From contig NW_005434663.1 in assembly GCF_000315625.1 (NCBI RefSeq), positions 401,882 through 465,881 of the forward strand: a DNA stretch of 64,000 nt. Reading direction: 5' to 3'. This document shows, piece after piece, positions 25,201 through 36,251 of this stretch. A model generated the notes under the pieces. The model was not told the origin of the DNA. It saw nothing but the letters and a program-made list of their open reading frames with translations, and did no database searches. The position numbers and the translations under genes were made by a program. The DNA comes from Guillardia theta CCMP2712 (taxonomy: Eukaryota; Protista; Cryptophyta). Within the stretch, counting starts at the first letter, position 1; every line of letters begins with the position of its first letter.

Positions 25201-25997
25201 TCAGGGTACTGGTGCGCCGTAGGGCTGGAGGCTCCGGCAGGTCCGAGGGATGCAGAGCGTCTGCTGCAGGCTGCTCTTGCGATCCAGAGGAAGCTGGAGG
25301 AGGGGCTGAAGAGCCTGCCCAACAGGGCGATCAAGATGAGGATCGTGTTGCATGCTGGGCCGGTCATCGGAGGGGTAAGGAGAGCAGGCGATCCACCTTA
25401 CTAGTCAGTGACGGCATGGACGCGCAGGTGGTGGGATGGAAGATGCCGCGGTACCATCTCTTCGGGAGCGAAGTGGAGAACTTGATGGGGCTGGAGAAGT
25501 TTGGAGAAGTTGACTGCGTCACCGCAAGCCAGGAGTTCATGGACATTCTGAATGAGAGCGACGGGTCGTCAAGGCGGTCAGACTCCATCTGCTCCTCTGG
25601 CAAGTTTGGGGATCAGTCATCTCCGAGTCAGAGAGGGTCCAACCTTGACCTGACGCTGTTGAGCGACGACGGAGCTGCGGTGGAAGGAGGATCGTCCTTC
25701 AAGTCCAACCGTTCGCGTAGGCCATCACAGAAGAACTCGAGAAGTTTGTACAATATGGATGAGATCACAGTGAAGAAGAAGAGGAGCGTGTCGAGAAGAC
25801 ACAGCATCAACTTCAAAAAGTATGCCATCCAAGAGCACGAGATCAAGAGCGAAGCGACGGATGAAGTCACTTCCCCGTCTGCTGCGGCCAGGTGCCTGAT
25901 AAGTTGTTTGGGTTCTTGCTGACATGCTGACGCTGTTTGACTGAACAGGAAGTTGTTCAGAATCTCTGCTGCTGATCATGAGGGAGGATGGACATGA
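22211..25997 (+). CDS. Membrane class III nucleotidyl cyclase, TM-cyclase-TM-cyclase architecture, probably a guanylyl cyclase; apparent -1 frameshift at ~23815
   Basis: Domain 1: VTILF..KVETIG.EYVVASG..MGMHSGSIVAG..PRYRLFGDTINTASRM. Domain 2: MFADIENFT..KIETIGD^.YWCAVG..LHAGPVIGG^V..MPRYHLFG. Hydrophobic blocks precede each domain. 5' end uncertain. Confidence 0.9.
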
Positions 25998-26167
25998 TGT
26001 AAAAGTTGTAAACGCTTGTTGTAGACTGATGTATGACATACGGTGATTTATTCTTGTAACATAGAATATCCAGTTTCTATGAAACCATCATGATATGGAA
26101 ATCTTCACAGCTCTCTCATCTCAGAGTTCGCGCGTTCCTTGATCGCTCCGATGCTTCGCTCTCTACT

Positions 26168-28134
26168 CTAGGCCAGGCTGCTCAATCTGCGCTGATACCA
26201 ATCCAGGAACTTGGCGATGTCCCCATCTTGCAGGGAGCCCATGGCTGCCATCCTGTGATCGATCCACAGCTTCTTCAAGCTGTACTTGGAGACGTTGTCA
26301 GTGTCGTCCTTTCCTTCCACTCGCACGGCAAAGTAGTCAATCAGAGCAGCCAACTCGGTGACATCCAGGGCGTCGAAGTTGCCGTTGACGATCTTGTCCA
26401 TTGAAACTCGGGTGAGGCCGGTGTTGTTGGACTTGAAGATGCTCTTCTCCGGAGAGAAGTACAAGTCCATCTTGATCAGGATGGTTGAGGCAACTCCGAG
26501 AAGGATCACGAGGCTTGCAAGAGGAAAGATGTCTTGGCTCTTGTCAATCTGCGAGCTATCCTGAACCCACCCGACGTTGCTCACGGCCACATTCTGGGCG
26601 GCAGCGAGGGCGATGATGATGATGAACGTGAAGTGCTTGTTCATGTTGTAGGCGACAAACCTCTGAGTCAAGTCATCGCAGATCATGACTGAGATGAGAA
26701 CCATGGCAAGAATGATCACCACCTGACTGACAGGGTTGTGCACCCAAATACCGAAAAGAATCCATCCAGGAGGACGAGGCCAGTGGCAGCCACGAAACCA
26801 CCTGTGAGATAGCCTGACGTCTTCTTGACCAGCGCTGGTATCTGCTCCTTCACTTGCTTGATGGAAAACACCGCTACCTCCTTGTACTCTGTGTCCAGGT
26901 TTGTTCTCGTTGGAGACTCTGCTTGAGTTGCCTGAACTTGATCTCCGACGAAGACAACATCTCCATTCGGCATTACCACTCCTTCGTTGTGCCTGTCGAC
27001 ATAAATAGCCCAATCAGGATTCGTGTCAAACGCGTTCCTGACCAAGACCCCGAAATCGTTCGATCTCGCAAGTGCAGAGAGGAGAGTGTATTCGTCGTAC
27101 TTGCCGGCGTACTTCTTCATCCCAAAAGCTTCCACCCCCTCCAGGAGAAACACAATGGCGTAGCTGATAAACATCACCAGTGCCGCCCAGTTCTGTGCAA
27201 TGTCAACAGCCAGCAGACAGCCGCAGGAGACGAGCTTCATCACTATGACTGCATCCCTGCCGAGGTGACCGCTGCAAATCCCTTCCAAGGTGTCGATGAT
27301 GATGACTTGCTTCATGGTGGTGAAGACGACTTCGGCATTCAGCTTGTCACGCTCGCCACTGTAGATCGCAGGTGTGGAGCCTGCCAAGATTAACAGGTAG
27401 ATAAAGCGCAGGATGAAGCGCGGTTCCATCTTCGAAATTAGAGCGCTGAACTTGATGAAATCAGGCTTGAGAGCATTGACCTGCTTGCCCCCTGAAAGGA
27501 ACCTGATGATCCCCGGCATAGTGCTCATGTTCAGGAACTCTGTGAGCTCAGAGTACAGGATCTTGGAGAAGAACTGCGAAACGAGCGTTTGACACGTGAG
27601 CGTGGCCTCAAAGCAAAGCTGATGGTTGGACATGGTCTTGACGTGTGTCTGAAGGGCTTGCGGCATGATGGTAGTCTGCGATGGTTGGGGATACATGGGC
27701 GGCTCGTAGCGTCTGCCGGACACCTGAACGATCTTTGTCTTCTTGGCGATAGTGAGGGACCAGTAGAACTCTTTGACCAGCTGTCGGTACGAGAAAGAGA
27801 CGCCCTCTCGATGTAGCATCCTACGAACCTCGAGGAGAAAGTTGAGGTTGTCCACGTTGCGATCGATCCAGATGAAGTAGACGACATCTCCATCGCTCTT
27901 ATAAGCTTCGAACTTGTTCGGTGCATCCTCGTCTACCTTGACGTCATCGCACGGCACCGGAATGCAGCACTGAATGATTTCCATGAGAGCGTCGTTCACT
28001 TCTTCGCTCCCGAGGGGAGGACTCGACTGGTTCTGGCTGTACTTGGGCATGCCGGAAGAGCCTGAAGGAAGGTTGGGAGCGAAGCTCATAGGCTGCCCAG
28101 CCTGCGAGTCGAACGCGAAGGAAGCATGCAGCAT
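26168..28134 (-). CDS. Uncharacterised multi-pass membrane protein (~650 aa) split by an apparent -1 frameshift near 26768
   Basis: Two overlapping long ORFs with strong coding codon bias join as ...GFVAATGLVLL/GWILFGIWVHNPVSQVVIIL...; several TM helices. No family recognised. Confidence 0.7.
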
Positions 28135-28229
28135 CTGGATGACGGGACTCGAGTCCGCGAGTGAAGGAGCGGGTGTGCTGCCGGTCTTTTAAAGGGGCGC
28201 CTCTTTCCACCCCCCTGCCACCGTTAAAG

Positions 28230-29170
28230 AGAAGAGGGGGGTACTCAGGGGCCATGTGAGCAGCTGGGCTATAATAATGTTTTAATAGTCTACCGCCGGA
28301 TTTTTGTTTTTAATAGCATCGAACAAACGTGATTTCGATCCAAATATCACCGGGGTTCGTAACGGTAGTCACTACTACTAACTAGTTTCTTGTAAACGGC
28401 TCAGTAGTGCAGCTGGGGTCACCCTCCTTTCCAATTTACTACCCGGCGGGTGTGGCCGCCCCTTCGTTACTAGTCCCCCCCCCGCGCGCGGCGAGTCTCA
28501 GCGTCAGTAACGGTACCCGCTATACCGGGACTCAACAACTTCCGACGGCACTACGGTACCGGGTAGTGCTTCACGGGGCACAGCCCATTGCAGGGAATCA
28601 TGCCTGTTCATTTTGAAGCGTTGCAACTGTGGGGGCCACTAAAATGGCGTACTGAGCATATCAAAACCTTGAGCATATCGCTGAGCATATCAACCGTTTG
28701 CTCAAAGTTAAGTCAAAAATCAGTACGAGTCGAGGAGGCTTGCCGCGCTCTCACAGACTAATCTCACTTTTACTCAAAGTTAAATTAAAAAACAGTACGG
28801 GCACTGTGTCAGAATTGCCCTTGAAATTAGCCGTCAAGAGTCGGTCACCGTCGGCGGGCCTCTCAGGCAGCGGCAGCGTGCCTGGTGGGGCCGTGGCTCG
28901 GGGCGGCCGCAAATTCAAGGGCCACGATGCCGGCCGGGCCCCGGCGGTCACCTGAAGCGGCCCGGCCGCCGGGGTCCGGCCCCCCCGGGCCTACTACGCG
29001 GCCGCTGAGCCCAGCCCGGCCCGGACCCTGGCCTTCCAGCTGGCCTTCCGAGCAGGCGTGAGAGGATCGCATAAGAATCACGGGGGGAGGAACTCCCAAT
29101 AAAAGGGTCTAGTACCGGTATTTTTGTATGATATTTTGGGGGTACCTTTTCAGGAGGGGGTGGGTGAGTT
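28230..29170. promoter_or_regulatory. Large intergenic element: GGGGTA tracts, TGAGCATATC x3, shared motif x2, GC-rich CCGG island
   Basis: TGAGCATATC at 28653, 28670, 28682; motif copies at 28698-28730 and 28768-28799; island 28840-29060. Confidence 0.5.
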
Positions 29171-29355
29171 TGCAGGAAATCGCAATGGCAGCAAGGCGGC
29201 GACCAGGTTTAAGGATGATTAATTCAGCCTGTGCAATGATGACAATCGTGAAACCACCATAGCCTATCAGTTAATTGTAAAATCTATATCATGGTATCAA
29301 TCATTTGAATTGCATCGTAGCAGTGTTTAATATTTTCCACAATACGTACTTTTTT

Positions 29356-30981
29356 CTACTTGCAGCCAGCAATGCTACGCAATCCCCGGAACCGTTGCAT
29401 ATTACCTGTTAATCCTTCATCCCATTGCCCTGATTTAGCATATACTCGCTTTCGATTGTTCTTCTGCGTACTATTGTGTGGCTCCACATCATTATCAGAT
29501 CCATCCCGTGCATTGAAAGCTTCACGGTCGTGCGGTTTGCTCAGGACAATTCGCTTCTTCGAATGCTCGTATACAAAAGGCAGGTTTGGATCCACCTTTT
29601 TAGATAATTCTATGCATGCCTGATTGAATTTTCTCAGAAAATCCTTCTTGTTCAGATGGCCGATCAACGACCACAGATTCTCTACACTATCCGTGCAGAG
29701 AGTTCGTGAATTGAAGTCATAGTCTCTATCACCCAGCGCATGATTCTTATCCCTCACATACTGTTGTACTTGCAGATGAGCATCAATTGCAACTATGAAG
29801 CCTTCAAATGTTACAGATGATAGTCCCTTGACATGTTTTTGGCTGACACTGGTCCAGTCGATGCCTTCCAATAGCCATCTTCGACCCTCTTGAACGAGAC
29901 GTATCCTCTCTGAAACTTTCAGCCCTCTTTCATCGAATGCTTTGTGCAGGCCAGACATAGCCTCTGCCATTCTTGCTGTCGCTTCATGTCCTTCTGCCTT
30001 TAGTAGACTGATGGCCTTGTCACTGAACATCTTCAGCATGATATCCACCGATTGTGGATCGGCGGTCCCGTCGACTTCCATCTGAGTCATCCAAGCAGGA
30101 TTCTTCTTGGCGATATCACTGTAAGCTTTATGCCATATCTGGGCTTCCGTAGAAGACGATTGAGACTTCCCTGATCCAATGGAATGCCTGACATTCTTCA
30201 ACAAGTGATTGATGCACGGCGAGAAAAACAACAACTTGTTCGTAATTGGAGAGAGGACGGGATTGGATAACCATTCGTCGAATTTAAAGCGGATCTTGTG
30301 TTCATCAAAGTCATTTAGTCCATCAGCTATTCTTCGCTCCATCTCCCAAGGAGTGAATGTTTCCCCCCCCTCTTCATTGTGCTTGGCCAATGAAAGAACT
30401 TCTTCATATCCGTACCGTCTGCAAAATATTTGAAACCTGCAAAACATCTCTTTGGCCTTTGTGCCTCCATGTGATTTGCCAGATGCTTGTTGTTCGAAAA
30501 CCTGCATGTAGTGCTGGAGAAAACATCTCGAAAATCCTTCTGATGTAGGCCCATAGACATCTCCGAGGACCTTTAGTTTGTTCTGGATTTCAAACAAGGA
30601 TACAGAACGAAGACTCCACTTGAGGTAATGGGTCGCTGAAACTAAAAGATTCTCGTCTTCACACTCCACAGATAAAGTTGCATGGCCATGGCATTGCAAG
30701 AAATCCAACAGCTTGAAAACCAAGGCATCATCCCATTGAGAGAGCAAGATCTGCTCAAGATCATTGCAATCCTTGTGTTTTTTCAACCTTGCAACACAAG
30801 TTGTGCACATAGACACACCATGCCACTTTCGAATGCTGGTCATTTCTCGTCGTCTGTGGCATGATGAGCATATTTTCTTCGCTGGAGGCCTCGGCCTGCC
30901 CATGGTGTGGGACAACATAGCTTTGCCCGCCAAAAATTTGATTTGAATTTTCTCGTGACACCCTGCCATGGCATGCAGCAC
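29356..30981 (-). mobile_element. P-element/THAP9-like transposase-derived ORF with N-terminal C4 zinc finger (likely start MGRPR at 30903)
   Basis: P-superfamily-like motifs CINHLLKNVRHS (C/D-x2-H, HLxKxxRN), DPQSVDIMLKMFS (cf. KMxVxxAxQxFS), SRTLCTDSVENLWSLI (cf. RxxQDxLENxFSxIR). Single long ORF, more AT-rich than neighbouring genes. Confidence 0.65.
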
Positions 30982-31260
30982 CCCCTAAATCCCCCGCCAT
31001 AGTGCCCCGAACGCTCTGCATGGAGGCGCGATGAGGAAAGGAGGGGGGGGTATTTAACTAAATATTTGTACCAGTTAATTCCCACACTAGGGGTTGGCCC
31101 GTCTGTCAGATCGAATATAGCAGTTCCACCCCCCCCGTGGAGGGCAAACCGCTGGGCAAACCGGAGCTTCAAGTGGGGGGATGAGGGATCACTAGCTTGA
31201 AAGCGATGAAGGGCAGAGAACCGAAGGGCGCAAGAAGCCCTAGATGAGATACGACACGAG

Positions 31261-33539
31261 ATGAACGAACGAGGAGGGAGAGGAGGGAGAGGAGGGAGAG
31301 GAGGGAGAGGAGGGAGAGGAGGGAGAGGAGGACTGAGAGGGAGGACCGATTCAGAAACAGAAAGAGCAGGTCGTTTAGAGGATCAAAGGCGATCTTGTAG
31401 CGGGGAAGGACTCTCTGGGAAAACGAACAACGAGTCATCTTGCGGGAAAGATATCGAGGAATCTTTTGTCGAGAGAGTTATAGGCTCGAATGAGCAATTG
31501 CAATTCGATCTTGTCGAAAGCATCCTCAATGAAAATTCAGGTACGACACTTGTTTCCAAGAGATTGTCCCTCACCAATTTTTCAGCAGAAGCGCCCCCTT
31601 CGCTCGGCGAGTCCCTTGCCCGACTTGTCGCAGAGTTGGACTTCGAGGTCTCATCCTGGAGGATCGACCTCCGTTTGCATCTCATTTCCCTCGCAGGATT
31701 CTCAGAGTGCGATGCTCGGAGGACAGCATAGGCAGCAGGATGAGTTCAAGCACCTGACCTCTGGTCCCGAGCTGGACCTGTCTCCTGGAGCTTACTACAA
31801 GGCTCGTGAGAGTGCGTATGAGTACCTCAAGGAGGACCTGACGCAAATCGAAGACTTTTCCCATGTGAGATATGGAGGGAGGATGCGCGGGATGAATTTG
31901 ATGCAGGAGATGATGGAGCACTTGAAGCTTGGCATGGGAACATTCAACCCCAATGCGGCACATCAGACGAGGTGAGAGCAGTCGAGACGTCGGCGGCAGG
32001 ACACCGACAGAATGAAACCCTTCCCTAGGTTGTCTGCGCTTACGGCCGGGGAGCTCGTGTCTTTCGTTCAGCGGATATCTTTCATGGCAGCACGGGCCAA
32101 GGGTGATGGGCTGTGTGGATAGGAAGCGACGATTCTCATGGAGTGGGGCAGGTAATGCACTGAGCCTCTTGCAAGCGGCGAATCGCGATAGCCAACAGAA
32201 GGTTGACAAAGGAGATCCCCTGTCATCATAGTTTGATACACCCAACTAACAACTGTATTCAGGACAATGCGATTCAAACGCTGTTGGAAGACATGCAGGT
32301 AATCGAACGACATCTGGTGGGCTTTTGTTGAATTTCCAGACAGAGAGAAGAAGTCAAGACTGCGGCCATGCGAGACCAGTGCCATTCCGCTGTAGTCTCA
32401 GCATATTCCAAGGTCCTCTGGTCCATGCTGAGTTGCTCGCATCTCGTAACCCTGCTCGTTGTAGGAAGAGGCTTATCAAAAACAAATTGCTGATCTCAAG
32501 AGACAAAATACCATTCTGTTCAACCTGTCACGAAGGTTAACTTAGTTGGTCCTGCCAAGGAATGATTGCTGATTCGATGTCGCACAGGTACGAGTCAATC
32601 ACCAAAGAGATCAAGGAAAGTTTGAGCCTGGCGTGCCGAGATGATCGCAAGTCATTGGCAGGTCATAAAGATTTGTCTTGTGACAGCAACCTCTTCGCTT
32701 CCCGGTTGACTTTGATTGATGCTGACATGCTGGACAACAGCCAAAGTCACTCAGCTCGACTCTCGACTAAGCGCCCTGACGCATGTACGTGGTAGAGGGA
32801 CACTGAGAGCTATTCCTAATGACGTTCCAGGGAGAAGAAGACAAGTCTGATGAGACTTTCCATCGCCAGAATGTACCAAGACAACCGGCAAAGTACGGAG
32901 ATCATGTAACGTGGAAGCAAAATGGTGTCCAGCACGAAGAGTCCACCTTGTCCGGCCACCCTGCCGTCACTAGTAGTTTCTCACAAAGTGGTACGCAGGA
33001 AACACCGGGATACCACCTTCGAGCACCTGAAATTCACCGAGGAGCTCGAGCTGCAGCCTACCAACATTCACGTCGAGCAAAAGTGCTCCTCCTTCTCTTC
33101 CCTCTGAAGCTGACATTCACAACCTCCCCAGAGCTCGCTCGTCTCCGACCTCCAAGTCTCCCAAGTCAGGTTCCTGGCAGTATCTGCGGATGCCCGGCTG
33201 TCTTACTGTATGTTGTTGGACTAGTAGAGAGCACGGAGGGTACAGGGCTGCTCCGGCTCTCCCTCTCCCCAATCAGGAGACAGAGGGTGAGCAGTCAACA
33301 ACAAGTCCTGCGCCTGACTTGCCCTTGCCATGTCGCGTCAGATGCGTTCGACGGACGTGCGGACCGGGGGGCTCAAGACCAGCTTCTTATCACCGCAGAA
33401 CGAGGTGGAGGCGCTGCTCTACGACCGATCCAAGAGAGGAGGTGAAGGTGGCTTGAGAACCTGGCGCGGGCTGACGGCAGGGGCTGCAGGAAGGTTCGAC
33501 GAAGGGCTGAAGATGGTTCGATTCCGGAGTCCTCAGTAG
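31261..33539 (+). CDS. Hypothetical multi-exon protein
   Basis: Series of short coding-like segments separated by ~50-nt GT-AG introns (e.g. 31972-32028). No family recognised; (GGAGGGAGA)n near the start. Confidence 0.45.
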
Positions 33540-33774
33540 CGAAGTTGAGATCCTGACTTGATTCTTGCAGATCGAGAAGGCCAAGGTCGTCCCATGGCAG
33601 TTCTCGTCTCCTTCCTCGCAGCCTCCTTGAGCTACGACGCGCCGCACGCCTCAGTTTTGACAGCAATCACTTGGAATGATCTTTTCAATGTAATTAATTA
33701 ATGATATCTGTGTAAAGAATCTCATCGTCGGACGACAGCCAGCTTCTGAGTTATGCCAGAGTGTTGACTGCAAG

Positions 33775-34180
33775 GCCCGGGACGGCCGGGGCCTCGGCCA
33801 GTGCCACCGTGTGCGGCCCGGCTTTCCGACCACGGTAAGTTCATCTGGGCGCCTCCGAGTCCGCCTCACAGCCTCGGAGGGCAGATTTTTCAATCGGACG
33901 AATTCAACACGCCTTGTGTAAAACCAGTTTTAATTTTGAATTTGAACGACAGGGGCTCACTGTCTTGCACTTGCTTGGTCAAATAGGATATTTCTGTATC
34001 AAATTTGAAATTTTCAGTGAACTGATTTGCGAAAAATCAAAGTTTGCCTTGCAACGGAATTTTTGCCCTTCAGCACCCTACCCCATCCGGACTACCCAGG
34101 CACATTATTACCCCTCTTTTTTACCAAGAGTACCCCAATTTTGGTAAGTAATATTCCATCGTCGTGGTGTACCACCCCCT
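33775..34180. promoter_or_regulatory. GC-rich CCGG island, AT-rich spacer, then TACCC cluster upstream of a + strand gene
   Basis: Island 33775-33880; TACCC at ~34079, 34093, 34108, 34131. Confidence 0.45.
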
Positions 34181-34397
34181 CTCAATTTTCCGCTTCCTAC
34201 GATCCCAAAACCTCCCCACCCTCGGACAACTCCCTCCATGCATGGGACAGCACACGCTTCCTCGTTCCCTTCCTCTCCTCCTGCAGCATCCTCAATTTCT
34301 GCTCTGCTCTCATGCGAACCACCTTTTCCTCCTTGCCTTCAAACTCAAAGTTGTCGAATGAGATTGCGATCACTGACAAAACATAGCAGGCGTAGGA

Positions 34398-36251
34398 TGA
34401 GCAGCAGAAAAATGTTTTTTATTCTAGCTTGCTCAGATGTAGGAAGCGAGGATTGTGTGCATTTTGTTAATTCTTTGAACATGTACTTTCCATCTCACTG
34501 AGCAAGTTGACCAACAAAGATCTCAATCGCGATAGATTCTTGCTGACGGTCTTCCTGCACAGATGTCTGACCCTCCTCGAGATATTCTCCAGCTGTGCAG
34601 CAGCGTCTGGAGCTCAATCACCTCATCCCTTACAGCAGGGGAGAGTCACTCGGACCCCCTCGCGCTCACAGGAGGCATCCCTTCCTTGCAAGCGAGCCGG
34701 ATCAGAGAGTCGATCCTGGTGCACTCGGCCGATGGGACCGTCGGCGATCCTCTTGAGAAGCACGATAACACGGCCGTCAACCAACCTACGAGGGAGAGAG
34801 TGGACTTGAAACCCTCCTACCAGTTTGTTCCTAAGACCTCGTACGTGCATGTTAATGTCTTCCACGGGGAGCAGTCGTGCATTCCAGGGCTGCAGGCGGA
34901 CGGAATCAGGCAGTCCATACTTCCCAACCTGGAACCAGCCAAGTTTCCACGTAGCAAGATCTTTGTGTTTGAGGAGGTGGAAGGGTTGCAGGCGAGCCAG
35001 ATCAGCCTGGCGATCATTCCTGATGAAGCGGAAGGAGAGGAAAGATACCCCGAGCTCGACTGGTTCCTCAAGCAGTGCGAGCAGAAGGCGCGACAGTGTG
35101 ACCAGTCCTTCTCCTCCAGCGACGTCTACGACGGCATCTCCCGCATAGACGTCGAGGACACGCCAGCATGTGAAGTCGCTCATCATGACGTGGCAGGGCT
35201 GGAAGGTGACGTCATCCTTGTGCGCAAGTCTTGCAGGATCTCCCCGATGACGGTGGAGCACAAGATCCTCGAGTCGTTGCGGCTGCAGGGCATCCTGAGC
35301 GAGGAGACGTCGGTCAAGGATCTCTTTCCTCAGCCCAAGGACGTGGTGGAGGACCTCCACGCGTTGCCTGTGGGGAATGAGCCGAGCTTGGACGAGACTA
35401 TCAGCGAACCTTTCCACAGTGGGGAGCAGAGACTGGAGTCAGAGATACCAGAAGGGCAAGAGGAGCTGGTTCAGCAGGAGGAGGAAGAGCGGGCTGTGTC
35501 GCTAGCCCGTCCGTCCGCACCTTCGACGCCAGTGGGAGCACAAGACCAGCAGAGCGTGCGGACGCCCTTAGGGAGCAAGAGCTCGAGCAACACCATGCGG
35601 AAGCAGGCACAGAACAACGTCCTGATACGGAACGGATATCAGATTATCAGGAAGGACGGGTACCAGATCATCAAGAAGGTCACTGGGGGGGCTGGAGACA
35701 AGGAGAACAGAAGCCCCGCAGACGAGGAGGAGGAGAACCGCCGGAGGTCCGCAGGAAGCTTCTCGTTCGACCAGCTTCTCGCGTACGCTTCCAACGGAGG
35801 AAAAGTTCCGAAATCAGGAGGAGACTCGAACGTGAAGAAGGCTGCTCAGCCCGGCCCTCCCCGCCCGGCTTCTCCTCCTCACGGTCAGGGCAAGAGAACT
35901 TCGGCAACAGGCTTCGGATTCCATGAGCTCCTGTCCTTCTTCAAAACGTACGAGCTTGATCAAGCCGCTTGATGCCTGCGAGCAAATCCCCCTGACACGT
36001 GCGCCGCATGTAGCATGCCGGAGGAGGAGATGATGCAGGAGAAGGAAGAGTTAAGGTGCGTTCCCCTCGTTTCTTCTTTGTCGTCTTCCAGTGATGCGAG
36101 CGGATGCTCTTCTCCTTCCCAAGGCTGCGACACTTCACTCGAGCTGGAAAAGCGTGAAAGGATGAGAGACCTGAGGACCGTGTTCGAGCTCTCAGCGGAC
36201 TACTACGAGTTGGTCGACAGGAGAGAAGAGAGTCTGGATGTGATATGTTGA
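34398..36251 (+). CDS. Hypothetical protein (main exon 34563-35947; probable last exon 36014-36251)
   Basis: 469-aa ORF with coding bias. A GT-AG intron 35948-36013 joins FKT to MPEEE in frame. 5' end uncertain. Confidence 0.6.

Noticed and set aside
28200-31200. Terminal inverted repeats and TSD for the transposase-like ORF
   Set aside because: G-rich and C-rich tracts flank it, but no convincing inverted pair was found by eye; similar tracts occur at non-TE loci.
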